Shown here in pieces: positions 37,229 through 46,529 of a stretch of 64,000 nucleotides of DNA. How positions within the stretch are numbered: the stretch's first letter is position 1; each line of letters opens with the position of its first letter. The translations under genes and the position numbers were made by a program. The stretch is from Eubacteriales bacterium. Its GTDB lineage: Bacteria; Bacillota; Clostridia; Oscillospirales; CAG-272. The notes under the pieces are model-generated. The model worked only from the letters and a program-made list of their open reading frames with translations. It did not search any database and was not told where the DNA came from. The stretch is taken from the NCBI GenBank assembly GCA_045587445.1, contig JAZNCH010000002.1, positions 35,506 to 99,505 on the forward strand, read 5' to 3'.

Positions 37229-39602
37229 ATATTTCGTTTACCCTAATTATTCCCACGCTTATGTCATCGCTTCTGGTACTGTTTTCAAGAGCGTTATACA
37301 ATATCTTGTCAGCCATTTTTTTCAGGTCATTCTCCCAAGAATACGTTAAAATATTGCTGACACGCACGGTATCTTCCGTTGACTGTCCCACTCCGTCGCT
37401 TACCATTACGATAACGTCGCCATTCTTTAGTTCAAATTTTACCTCCTCGGCGTTTATTTCTTTTGTTATACCAACAGGCATTGTATTTGATGCTATTCTG
37501 AAAAGCTTGTCCCCCCTTAACACAAATGAAGCAACAGCACCACTTTTTATGAAACTCGCATATCCGTTAAGCAAGTCTATTTCAAGCAGGTCAACGGTAG
37601 AGAAACACTCGGTATTCTTACTTCTTATGAAGTTATTGAGCATTTCCATAGCAACCGGCTTGCTGTTTCCCGCCGCAAGCATTTTTTTCAGAAATATTCC
37701 GCATAGACGCGACGTTAACGCCGCCTCTCTCCCGCTTCCCATACCATCGCTTATCAAAGAATAGAAGTAGTCGTTTCCGTTTTCAAACATACAGACGAGG
37801 TCGCCACACATTTTTTCATTTTCCTTTGTGTTTGACGAGGCGGCGCACTCGACGGAAAAACGTCTTGCAGATTCAAGAGTCATTGTTACGTAGTCCCCCT
37901 CTACCTCAAAAGAGGGAGTATCAAACTTTGCCTCACATATATTTTCAAAACATTCTCTTATTTCATTTGCCGAAAGCTTCATAGCGGCAAGTTCAACACC
38001 GTTGGCTACCACAGTTAGTTTTCTTTTGCCGTAGGCACAAATATTACGCGCAGAAAACTTCATATATTTTATCGCTTCGGCTAACTTTTTCTTTATAGAT
38101 TCGCGGGGCAAAAATTCGCTATAATTTGCTTTTACTTCGGCTGAAAGCAGATGCGCCATTGCCTCGTAATCCATAGCGAAGACCTCTGTTCTGTTTTGTC
38201 TTATAAGATTTTCAAGAAACTGTGCGTGTCCGTCGTTTATTTTTTCAATAATGTTACTCATATTGCGGCACCGTTCTCTCATATACTCCTCGACGTCAGC
38301 CGATTCCGCATATCCTTTGTTGTGTAACCCCTTAGCTATTTTGGAGAATACGTCTTGCGTAGACGAATATTCTCTCTCCCAACAAATATTTCTGTAAAAA
38401 CACTTCGGGCAGTACTTGTCGCATACCTCGTCGCATATTTTTCGGGTGTCGATAAGTCCCGGACGTCTTGTTCTGTCGCTTAACGTATAAAAGACTTTTG
38501 ACAAATCGGAAAATGCCTCCGACAAATCTTCAAATCTTCTTTCAGTATCTCTTTGCCTTTTTTCAGCAAGCATTGCTGATATATCCGCATCATCGGTAGG
38601 ATTTAATCCGTCGCTGTATATTTTCAGTTTGGGCAGCCAAGAAAAACGCGCAAATGGAAAGAATAGAATACAAGCGCACAAAAGTTCGGGCGCATATAAC
38701 GTCAAACTGTTCCACCCATCGACGTAAATAGAACAAACGATGCCGACAAAACAAGCTACGGAAACAGCCGCAGCAGCACCGATTTGCCATAGAATACCTG
38801 CCGCCATACCGACAAGTGCCATTACCGGAGACAAAGCGGTGTTACAGATTAAACCGAATACAAGTCCGTATATACCGCCACGCATTGCTCCCGCAGTTTT
38901 TGATATGTACAACGTTAATATTGCCGTTACTGTAAGGCAAAGCCCGAAGCCGTAGACGTAAATATCTTTTATTGCAAGTAAGATAGCACAGAGCAGAGTA
39001 ATAAGACCTATTTCTCGTTTTATGCTGTATTTATATTTTTCATTAAGCCAAAATTCGTAAAAAAATATGAGTATAGGCACAGTAGCGACCTCAAACAGTC
39101 CCCCAAATATGTCATAGTATAAAAATCCGAATGACGCTGCCCTGTATACACTTATAAGTAACGATGCGCTGAACCCCTCAATAAGCCTGTAACCCACACC
39201 TTCACCGTATAGCTCAAAATTCTTTTCTTCCCGCCCAAACGTTCTGTATACTAACACTCTTGCGAGGAATAACGCAGTATAGATAAGGAATAAAGGTATA
39301 GCAAGTCCTGTTCTTTCGGTTGCCGCCGATATGGCTAAGCCTATGTAAATAAACCCGACGTATCTTTTTGCCGAGCAAAGATATGCCGTCCCCAACGGTA
39401 TAGCAGAATAGGCTAACGCCATTGAACCGAATAGGTGCCCGAGAATAATGTTTCCGATTACGTACCCCGCTTTTTTTATAAGGTCGGGTAGATTGTCGAT
39501 TATCTCTTCCTTGGTTTTTGGCAAATTCTCAAAATATATCCCTATATATTCCCCAAAAAGCTGTTTTACCCTTTTTTTTGTTTCGCTTTTTTTGCCGTCC
39601 AT
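37227..39602 (-). CDS. spoIIE: stage II sporulation protein E (PP2C phosphatase)
   Basis: A polytopic N-terminal membrane domain precedes a C-terminal PP2C domain (LISDGMGSGREAA ... VMVSDGV). ATG 39602 is preceded by GGAGG. Confidence 0.85.
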   Translation of the reverse strand: MDGKKSETKKRVKQLFGEYIGIYFENLPKTKEEIIDNLPDLIKKAGYVIGNIILGHLFGSMALAYSAIPLGTAYLCSAKRYVGFIYIGLAISAATERTGLAIPLFLIYTALFLARVLVYRTFGREEKNFELYGEGVGYRLIEGFSASLLISVYRAASFGFLYYDIFGGLFEVATVPILIFFYEFWLNEKYKYSIKREIGLITLLCAILLAIKDIYVYGFGLCLTVTAILTLYISKTAGAMRGGIYGLVFGLICNTALSPVMALVGMAAGILWQIGAAAAVSVACFVGIVCSIYVDGWNSLTLYAPELLCACILFFPFARFSWLPKLKIYSDGLNPTDDADISAMLAEKRQRDTERRFEDLSEAFSDLSKVFYTLSDRTRRPGLIDTRKICDEVCDKYCPKCFYRNICWEREYSSTQDVFSKIAKGLHNKGYAESADVEEYMRERCRNMSNIIEKINDGHAQFLENLIRQNRTEVFAMDYEAMAHLLSAEVKANYSEFLPRESIKKKLAEAIKYMKFSARNICAYGKRKLTVVANGVELAAMKLSANEIRECFENICEAKFDTPSFEVEGDYVTMTLESARRFSVECAASSNTKENEKMCGDLVCMFENGNDYFYSLISDGMGSGREAALTSRLCGIFLKKMLAAGNSKPVAMEMLNNFIRSKNTECFSTVDLLEIDLLNGYASFIKSGAVASFVLRGDKLFRIASNTMPVGITKEINAEEVKFELKNGDVIVMVSDGVGQSTEDTVRVSNILTYSWENDLKKMADKILYNALENSTRSDDISVGIIRVNEI

Positions 39603-39954
39603 TATTTTTCCTCCGTATTTTAGTAAATGCATTTTACATCAAGGGAGAAGAATAGTTTGTCGCGGTTTGTATAGCGTATAATATTTTATTTTGACTGAGA
39701 AGAAGAAAAAAAGAAATATTGCCTTATTTCCTGAATATTTCGTGTTGTTTTTAAGGTTATTAGCAAACGCGCCGTCGTTTATTGGCATACGGTTTTGCAA
39801 AAACATTTTTATGTCAAGGGTAATATTATAGTATTGAAGGACATATAATTTTGACGTTTTTTTCCAAGCGTAAAATTGATGTTTTTTCTAAATTCGGTGA
39901 TTAACAAACCGAAAATTAGGGCAAAACTATTTTTGCAAAGAAGTAATTAAAAAA

Positions 39955-40371
39955 ATGGAGTGTGAATCAATTTTGACGGTAAAACGAGGAGATATTTACT
40001 ATGCAGATTTAAGTCCGGTTGTCGGCAGTGAGCAGGGCGGTCTCCGTCCCGTCCTTATTATCCAAAATGACGTAGGCAACAAATACAGTCCTACGGTTAT
40101 TGCGGCTGCGATAACAAGCAAACTCAGCAAATCAAAGATGCCTACTCACATAGATGTATATGCGGATAAATTTGGACTTGCGAAGGATTCCGTTATACTG
40201 CTCGAGCAAATACGTACTATTGATAAAAAAAGACTGAAAGAAAAAATGGGACATCTTGATACGAATATTATGGAACAGGTAAACACCGCATTATCTGTAT
40301 CGTTTGGGTTAAGCACACAGGGGGCAGCACCCGATGTTACAGTGGGTGTAACGACAGGGACTATAGGCTGA
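39955..40371 (+). CDS. mazF: MazF/EndoA (PemK-family) mRNA interferase toxin
   Basis: [34 protein letters not shown]...[17 protein letters not shown] closely matches Bacillus EndoA/NdoA as I remember it. An alternative in-frame TTG start lies at 39973. The protein has a roughly 20-aa Gly/Thr/Val-rich C-terminal tail. Confidence 0.85.
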   Translation: MECESILTVKRGDIYYADLSPVVGSEQGGLRPVLIIQNDVGNKYSPTVIAAAITSKLSKSKMPTHIDVYADKFGLAKDSVILLEQIRTIDKKRLKEKMGHLDTNIMEQVNTALSVSFGLSTQGAAPDVTVGVTTGTIG

Positions 40372-40581
40372 TGCCTATAGTCTCTTGCATTTTATAATGT
40401 TTACAAAATAAACACTATAAATAAAAGCTCCCCTCTATGCATTTATAAAAAGAATGCACTGACCAAGGAATTTTAATAAGTACACAGAGGTGAGGGTGTA
40501 TTTCTAAAATACACCTTGTATTTTGTTATAGTTTAGGGTAAAATATTGTTACTATATTATTATTTTCGGAGATTTTTTAAT

Positions 40582-41523
40582 ATGAAAACAAAAAATCCGT
40601 TTGAAAATTCCGACACTAACAAACGATACTATACATACGATTGTTACCTGAAACGCCGTTTCGGTAAAAAGTGCGTTAAAATAGCACTTGACGGCGGCTT
40701 CACTTGCCCCAATATCGACGGTACAATATCTTACGGCGGCTGTATCTTCTGCTCCGAAAAGGGAAGCGGAGACCACACCCCGCCTTGCAATATCCCTCTT
40801 AACGAACAGTTTGAATTGGGTAAAAAACTTATCGAAAACAAGTGGAACGACGTCTTCTATATCCCTTATTTTCAAGCACATACCAATACTTATGCTCCGT
40901 TATACGTACTAAAACAAAAATTTGAACAGGCGTTGGCTTTGCCCAACACGGTAGGACTCAGCATATCCACCCGCCCCGACTGTCTCGAAGACAACGTAGT
41001 TGATTATCTCGCCGAGCTTTCTCTAAAAACATATCTCACCGTCGAGCTTGGACTTCAATCGGCAAATGATAAAACCCTCTCCCTAATCAACAGAGGTCAT
41101 TCTTACGCTCAATTTGTAGACGGCTTTAACAAACTTAAATCAAAAAACATCAACGTCTGTATACACATAATAAACGGATTACCCGGCGAAACATACGAAG
41201 ATATGATGCATACTGCACGTTGCGTCGCCGGTCTTTCCCCTCACGCATTAAAAATTCATCTGCTCTATATACTGAAAAACACTCCCTTAGCCACTATGTA
41301 TGAAAGGGGCGAATTTGATTCCCTGACACGTGATGAATACGTAAAATTAGTCTGCGACCAGCTCGAAATTTTGCCCAAAGACATTGTCATTGAACGAGTT
41401 ACGGGCGACGGTGTAAGAAAAAACCTTATCGCACCCCTCTGGAGTATCAAAAAAACTATCGTAACAAACGAAATCGACAAAGAATTGGTAAAAAGGGGAA
41501 CTTTTCAAGGTTTTTTGTGCTAA
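40582..41523 (+). CDS. radical SAM protein, TIGR01212 (YhcC-like) family
   Basis: ATG 40582 gives MKTKNPF.... RYYTYDCYLKRRFGKKCVKIALDGGFTCPNIDGT...GGCIFC is the family N-terminus. Confidence 0.8.
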   Translation: MKTKNPFENSDTNKRYYTYDCYLKRRFGKKCVKIALDGGFTCPNIDGTISYGGCIFCSEKGSGDHTPPCNIPLNEQFELGKKLIENKWNDVFYIPYFQAHTNTYAPLYVLKQKFEQALALPNTVGLSISTRPDCLEDNVVDYLAELSLKTYLTVELGLQSANDKTLSLINRGHSYAQFVDGFNKLKSKNINVCIHIINGLPGETYEDMMHTARCVAGLSPHALKIHLLYILKNTPLATMYERGEFDSLTRDEYVKLVCDQLEILPKDIVIERVTGDGVRKNLIAPLWSIKKTIVTNEIDKELVKRGTFQGFLC

Positions 41524-41710
41524 TTACCTAAAACTTCCATTTATATTTTTACGAATACGCACCTATTAACTTTTCAAAGAGTACTTGAATATCACTTTGT
41601 TTTGGTGTATAATAAATAAAAGATTTGATTTCTTTGCGATTAATTTGTACACTTTTCATAACCTTTAATTGAAAATTGAGGTTATAAAATGAATAAAGGA
41701 GATACTCATT

Positions 41711-43774
41711 ATGGGAAAAGTTCAGACACAAGACATCAGAAACATTGTATTACTCGGTCATGGCGGTTGCGGTAAAACGTCAATTGCTGAGGCTGCATTA
41801 TATTTAACAAAAGCAACCGACAGACTCGGAAAGCCCTCCGACGGCAATACCGTATGCGACTATGACCCCGAAGAAATAAAGAGAGGATTTTCACTTTCAG
41901 CAGCTATGGCTCCTGTAATGTGGAACGATACAAAGATTAACTTTATAGACACACCCGGATACCTTGATTTTGAAGGTGAAGTTGTTCAGGCAATAAGAGT
42001 TGCTGACAGTGCTCTTATTTCTGTAGATGCAAAAGCAGGTGTTGAAGTAGGTACAAAGCTTGCTTGGGACAACGCTACCGAAGCGGGAATTCCGAAAGCG
42101 TTCTTTATAAACAAATTTGACGACAAAGAAGCTAATTTTGACAACGTATTCAATCAGTTAAAAGAAACGTTTGGAAACTTGGTATGTCCTCTTATCATAC
42201 CTGTTGAAACAAATTCTAACCGCTTTGTTCATTTAGCTACTATGAAAGAGCTTATTTATGCTCCCGACGGTACGTTTACCGAGAGCGATATATCTGCAGA
42301 AGACGGAGCTGTTGCTGAAAAATATCACGAAGCTCTTATGGAATCCGTAGCCGAAACAAGCGACGAGCTTATGGAAAAATACTTTGCAGGCGAAGAAATT
42401 TCAAAGGCAGAAGTACTTGAAGCTATTAAAAACGGTCTTCTTGCGGGAACAATCGCCCCCATTATTTGCGGAAGCGCAGTTAAGCTTTGGGGTATAGCAT
42501 CCTTGCTTAACGTATCTCTTGCATCTTTCCCCTCATTTACAAACCACGAATACGAAAGAGTTATAGAAAACGGCGAAGAATCGCAAGTTGAAATTGATGT
42601 TAACGGCACAACAAGCCTCTTCGTATTTAAGACTGTTTCCGACCCATTCGTTGGTAAGATGTCATTCTTCAAGGTTATGAACGGTGAATTGTGCCGCGAT
42701 ATGACTCTTAAGAATCTCCGCACCGAAGGAACGGAAAAATTTGCTCACTTCTACGTTATGAAGGGTAAGAAGCAGACCGAAGTTGACACACTCTGCTGCG
42801 GTGATATTGGTATGATTCCCAAGCTTTCGGGAACAGAAACAAACGATACGCTTTCTGTAGGCAACGTTCTTCCTTACGCTCCCACAGTATATCCCGAATC
42901 CGTATTTACTATGGCATTCTCGCCCAAGGCTAAGGGTGATGAAGATAAGATTTCACAGGGTATTAACAGACTCCTCGAAGAAGATAAAACCCTTAAATAT
43001 GAAAACAACACCGAAGTTAAGCAGATACTCATCTCGGGTCTCGGCGATATTCACCTTGACGTAGTTATATCAAAGCTTAAGTCCAGATACAACACCGACG
43101 TTGAAATGTCCAAGCCCAAGATTGCTTACAGAGAAACAATCAAGAAGAAAGTTCAGGTTGAAGGTAAGCATAAAAAGCAGTCAGGCGGTAGCGGTCAGTA
43201 CGGACACGTTAAGATTACTTTTGCTCCCGGCGAGGATCTCGGTCTTACGTTTACACAGAGCGTTGTAGGCGGTAACGTACCGAAAAACTACTATCCCGCA
43301 GTCGAAAAGGGTCTTCTTGAAGCTATGCAAAAGGGTGTACTTGCAGGATTCCCCGTAGTTAACCTTGCGGCCGACCTGTTCGACGGTTCATATCACCCTG
43401 TTGACTCCAACGAAATTTCCTTTAAACTTGCAGCTATTCTTGCATATAAAGCAGGTCTCGCACAGGCAGGTCCCGTTATTCTCGAGCCAGTAGGTCTTCT
43501 TAAAGTTAGAATTCCCACCGATATGATGGGCGACGTTATCGGCGATATAAACAAGAGAAGAGGCAGAATCCTCGGTATGAACGCCGATGAATCCAAGAAG
43601 GGCTATTCGATAGTTGAAGCAGAAGTTCCGAAATCAGAAATGCTTGATTACGCGATTATTATGCGTGCTATCTCGGGAGGTCTCGGAAGATATACCTTTG
43701 AATTTGTTCGTTACGAAGAAGTTCCCGGTATGGTTTCTCAGAAGATTATCGAAGCGGCTCAAAAAGCTGAATAA
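41711..43774 (+). CDS. elongation factor G-like translational GTPase (paralogue type)
   Basis: 687 aa with G1 GHGGCGKTS, DTPG and NKFD. The EF-G domain II-V architecture is present, but the gene is not in the str operon context. Confidence 0.8.
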   Translation: MGKVQTQDIRNIVLLGHGGCGKTSIAEAALYLTKATDRLGKPSDGNTVCDYDPEEIKRGFSLSAAMAPVMWNDTKINFIDTPGYLDFEGEVVQAIRVADSALISVDAKAGVEVGTKLAWDNATEAGIPKAFFINKFDDKEANFDNVFNQLKETFGNLVCPLIIPVETNSNRFVHLATMKELIYAPDGTFTESDISAEDGAVAEKYHEALMESVAETSDELMEKYFAGEEISKAEVLEAIKNGLLAGTIAPIICGSAVKLWGIASLLNVSLASFPSFTNHEYERVIENGEESQVEIDVNGTTSLFVFKTVSDPFVGKMSFFKVMNGELCRDMTLKNLRTEGTEKFAHFYVMKGKKQTEVDTLCCGDIGMIPKLSGTETNDTLSVGNVLPYAPTVYPESVFTMAFSPKAKGDEDKISQGINRLLEEDKTLKYENNTEVKQILISGLGDIHLDVVISKLKSRYNTDVEMSKPKIAYRETIKKKVQVEGKHKKQSGGSGQYGHVKITFAPGEDLGLTFTQSVVGGNVPKNYYPAVEKGLLEAMQKGVLAGFPVVNLAADLFDGSYHPVDSNEISFKLAAILAYKAGLAQAGPVILEPVGLLKVRIPTDMMGDVIGDINKRRGRILGMNADESKKGYSIVEAEVPKSEMLDYAIIMRAISGGLGRYTFEFVRYEEVPGMVSQKIIEAAQKAE

Positions 43775-43784
43775 TATTATATTT

Positions 43785-43826
43785 AAACCTAAAAGGAAAC
43801 TCCGAAAAGAGTTTCCTTTTAGGTTT
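43785..43826 (+). terminator. strong hairpin/terminator after the EF-G-like gene
   Basis: An 18-bp perfect stem, aaacctaaaaggaaactc/gagtttccttttaggttt, is followed by gttgttt. Confidence 0.75.
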
Positions 43827-43863
43827 GTTGTTTATAATTTTCAGGGCATTCCCTGAAACCCAC

Positions 43864-43909
43864 AAGGGGCGTTTTTTCAAAAACGCCCCTTGACCCCCAA
43901 AAACTTTAA
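43864..43909 (-). repeat. dispersed repeat E3 copy
   Basis: The hairpin aaggggcgttttt-tc-aaaaacgcccctt is followed by gacccccaaaaacttta. Confidence 0.75.
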
Positions 43910-43930
43910 TAAAGGAAATTAGTGTAGGAA

Positions 43931-43950
43931 TATTGTTTGTACAAACAATA
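43931..43950. repeat. perfect 20-bp palindrome TATTGTTTGTACAAACAATA
   Basis: Read directly from the sequence. A 14-bp relative, GGTTTGTACAAACC, lies at 44056-44069. Confidence 0.9.
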
Positions 43951-43959
43951 ATTAGTCGC

Positions 43960-43996
43960 ACAGACCAAGAGAGGCAAGTTCTTTGCCAAGCTTTCT
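43960..43996 (+). repeat. dispersed repeat E2 (ACAGACCAAGAGAGGCAAGTTCTTTGCCAAGCTTTCT)
   Basis: The identical 37-mer occurs at 53778-53814. An inverted copy lies at 48670-48710. Confidence 0.9.
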
Positions 43997-44056
43997 TTAA
44001 ATAATACCCCTTCCACCATCTTCGATGGTCCCCCTCCCCCAATGGGGAGGCTTGGG

Positions 44057-44118
44057 GTTTGTACAAACCAGAGATTCAAGGTTTCTTTGCTTACTTTCTT
44101 TCCTTAAAAGAAAGTAAG
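44057..44118 (+). repeat. dispersed repeat E1 copy
   Basis: Reads gtttgtacaaaccagagattcaaggtttctttgcttactttctttccttaaaagaaagtaag. Confidence 0.85.
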
Positions 44119-44195
44119 TGTTCATACTATATTCATATATATTATGTAAAATACACTTAAGACAGAATGCTAAAAAAGAAAAGAGTAAATAAAAA

Positions 44196-45569
44196 ATGAG
44201 TACAATATCCGCAATATCCACCGCTTTTGGTAAGGGCGGTATAGCTGTAATAAGGCTATCGGGCGAGGGTGCTATTGATATTTTAAATAAGGTATTTAAA
44301 CCGGTGGGGAATAAGTCTATAGAAGATTTTGCCCCCAATACACTCGTATATGGTAATATCTATAAAGAAGATAAGCTTATTGACAGAGGAATGGCCGTTT
44401 ATTTTAAAGCACCTAAGTCATATACAGGCGAAGATTCAGCAGAAATACACTGTCATGGCGGTATATTGCTGTCCCAAATGGTGCTTGAAGCAACGTTTTT
44501 AGCCGGTGCAACACCCGCAGGTCCCGGAGAATTCACGCAGAGGGCATTTTTGTCGGGTAAAATGGGACTTTCTCAAGCTGAGGCGGTAATTGACCTTATC
44601 GATGCACAAAGTGAATCTAAGGCCGCTTTGGCGGCTTCTCAGGCTGACGGCCGTTTGTCAAAAAGAGTAAACGAGTTATATTCCGAGCTTATGACGATAG
44701 TAAGCAGTATTTATGCTTATATCGACTATCCCGACGAGGATTTGACCGATATATCGATAGACGATATGAAATCGGGACTCGACGGCATAAGAAAAAGCCT
44801 TGAAGACCTCAAAAAGACCTACAAGACGGGTAGAGCTGTATGTGAGGGCCTGAATACCGTTATTGCGGGTAAGCCAAATACGGGTAAATCTTCACTTTTG
44901 AATATGCTTCTCGGCGAAGACAGAGCAATAGTTACTCCCATTGCGGGAACAACGCGTGATACCGTTGAAGAGACTGTATCTGCAGGTCAAGTTTTGCTCA
45001 GACTTTGCGATACGGCGGGTATACATACCGCCACCGACGAGGTTGAAGAGATAGGCGTAAAGAGAGCTATTGCAAAGGTGAAGAACGCAGAGCTTGTTTT
45101 GGCTGTTTTTGACGGCTCTGCTGAGCTTGACGGCGAAGATATGGAAGTTATAAAACAACTGAAAACCTTAGAAGATAAGACTATTATCGTAGTGCTTAAT
45201 AAAAACGACGTTGGAACAAAGCTCGACAAAAAACAGTTTGAGACTATAACCCCATACGTTGTGGATATTTCCGCAAAAGAAAATAACGGAAAAACAGAGC
45301 TGGTTGAACTTATTGAGCAGATATATATCGACGGTGAGATAGAATATTCGTCTGCATGTGTTGTAACGAACGCCCGACAATTTGCATCTATTGTAAATTC
45401 AGTAAACCATATTAATAACGCACTTTCCGCCTTAAACGAAGGCTTTACACAGGATATAGCGGGAATGGAGCTTGAACTTACACTGTCAGAACTCGGAAAC
45501 CTCGACGGAAGAAAGGTTACCGAAGACGTGGTACACAACATATTCGGCAGATTTTGCGTAGGAAAATAA
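44196..45569 (+). CDS. mnmE: tRNA modification GTPase MnmE/TrmE
   Basis: 457 aa. The N-terminus is ISTAFGKGGIAVIRLSG, the G domain carries GKPNTGKSSLLN, DTAG and NKND, and the protein ends in CVGK. Confidence 0.95.
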   Translation: MSTISAISTAFGKGGIAVIRLSGEGAIDILNKVFKPVGNKSIEDFAPNTLVYGNIYKEDKLIDRGMAVYFKAPKSYTGEDSAEIHCHGGILLSQMVLEATFLAGATPAGPGEFTQRAFLSGKMGLSQAEAVIDLIDAQSESKAALAASQADGRLSKRVNELYSELMTIVSSIYAYIDYPDEDLTDISIDDMKSGLDGIRKSLEDLKKTYKTGRAVCEGLNTVIAGKPNTGKSSLLNMLLGEDRAIVTPIAGTTRDTVEETVSAGQVLLRLCDTAGIHTATDEVEEIGVKRAIAKVKNAELVLAVFDGSAELDGEDMEVIKQLKTLEDKTIIVVLNKNDVGTKLDKKQFETITPYVVDISAKENNGKTELVELIEQIYIDGEIEYSSACVVTNARQFASIVNSVNHINNALSALNEGFTQDIAGMELELTLSELGNLDGRKVTEDVVHNIFGRFCVGK

Positions 45570-45580
45570 ATACCAAAACA

Positions 45581-45605
45581 AAAAATCCTCTGACGAGGAT
45601 TTTTT
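45581..45605. terminator. bidirectional terminator between mnmE and ogg
   Basis: Reads aaaaaTCCTCtgacGAGGAttttt. Confidence 0.8.
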
Positions 45606-46443
45606 ATTTATTATATCTTTCATAATAGAACAAATACTGCTGAATCATACCGGCATAGGCACCGAGGTTAGTTAAATCAAGTCCGTCGGGATAATACTTT
45701 TCGAGAACTCTTTTTACCCAAACGTCAACAGGGAAAGCATCAGTTTTATTAAAACCGAAAAGCAGGGCACACGAAGCTACTTTAAGTCCTACGCCTTTTA
45801 TTTGCATAAGATATTCCAAGGCTTCGTCTGTTGTCATTTTGTCAACAGCTAAAAGGTTAATTTTCCCAGTTACGACCTTTTCTGCAGCATCGTAAATATA
45901 CTTGGCTCTGAAGCCGGTTTTCAGCTCAAATATCCTGTCAACTCCGGCTCTGTAAAGAGCCTCGGCAGTGGGAAAAGCATAATGTGTTTCGTCGATTTTT
46001 TCGCCGAATTCTCGGCTCATATTTTCGATTATTTTCTTAATTCTCGGGATATTGTTGTTTTGTGAAATAATAAACGAACAAAGGGCTTCCCAACCGTCTT
46101 GACGTAATATACGGATACCACTTCCGTATTCAATTGCTTTCTTTATAGTATCGTCATCGTTAAGCCTTGTTATAATGTCGCTGTCAACCGCCGAGTAGTC
46201 CTCGTCAAGTGCAAGGTATCGGCAAAACCTTTCATCAAACTCCGACTTTGTTATACCGTATATTTTAACCGAATCACTGTTCTCTTGCTCAAAGTAAAGC
46301 ACTTTGCCGTAAGCGATGCCCTCGATTCCGTTACCGACAGAGTCAAAACGAAAGCATTGACCGCAGTCAAATATCTTGCTTATGGAAAAACGGTCGAGAC
46401 CATTTATTTCTATGTATTTTTCTTTTTCTGTTACGCTAAACAT
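45604..46443 (-). CDS. ogg: HhH-GPD DNA glycosylase, clostridial 8-oxoguanine glycosylase (Ogg)-like
   Basis: 279 aa with N-terminal FDCGQCFRF and an HhH-GPD region (IKGVGLKVASCALLFG...DAFPVDVWV). Confidence 0.7.
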   Translation of the reverse strand: MFSVTEKEKYIEINGLDRFSISKIFDCGQCFRFDSVGNGIEGIAYGKVLYFEQENSDSVKIYGITKSEFDERFCRYLALDEDYSAVDSDIITRLNDDDTIKKAIEYGSGIRILRQDGWEALCSFIISQNNNIPRIKKIIENMSREFGEKIDETHYAFPTAEALYRAGVDRIFELKTGFRAKYIYDAAEKVVTGKINLLAVDKMTTDEALEYLMQIKGVGLKVASCALLFGFNKTDAFPVDVWVKRVLEKYYPDGLDLTNLGAYAGMIQQYLFYYERYNK

Positions 46444-46529
46444 TTACAATTCCTTTTTATAAAAACTATTGTGTATTCCTTGGTTAAATGGTATAATGAT
46501 ACAAACGATATTAAAGGGGAATTTTTCTT

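Noticed and set aside
39633-39954. Candidate MazE-like small ORFs, and a Spo0A-box-like TGTCGCG (39656-39662) in the spoIIE/mazF divergent region.
   Set aside because: The longest forward frame is 46 codons from TTG 39691. A 17-codon frame starts at TTG 39851. Neither has an RBS or antitoxin-like sequence. The 0A-like heptamer matches only 5 of 7 positions and stands alone.
43746-44338. ORFs 43746..44066 (-) and 43997..44338 (-) in the EF-G/mnmE spacer.
   Set aside because: They run through the stacked hairpin repeats. Their peptide-like strings (for example KVFGGQGAFLKKRP) come from palindromic DNA that recurs in both orientations and with stops in other copies. They are not coding.
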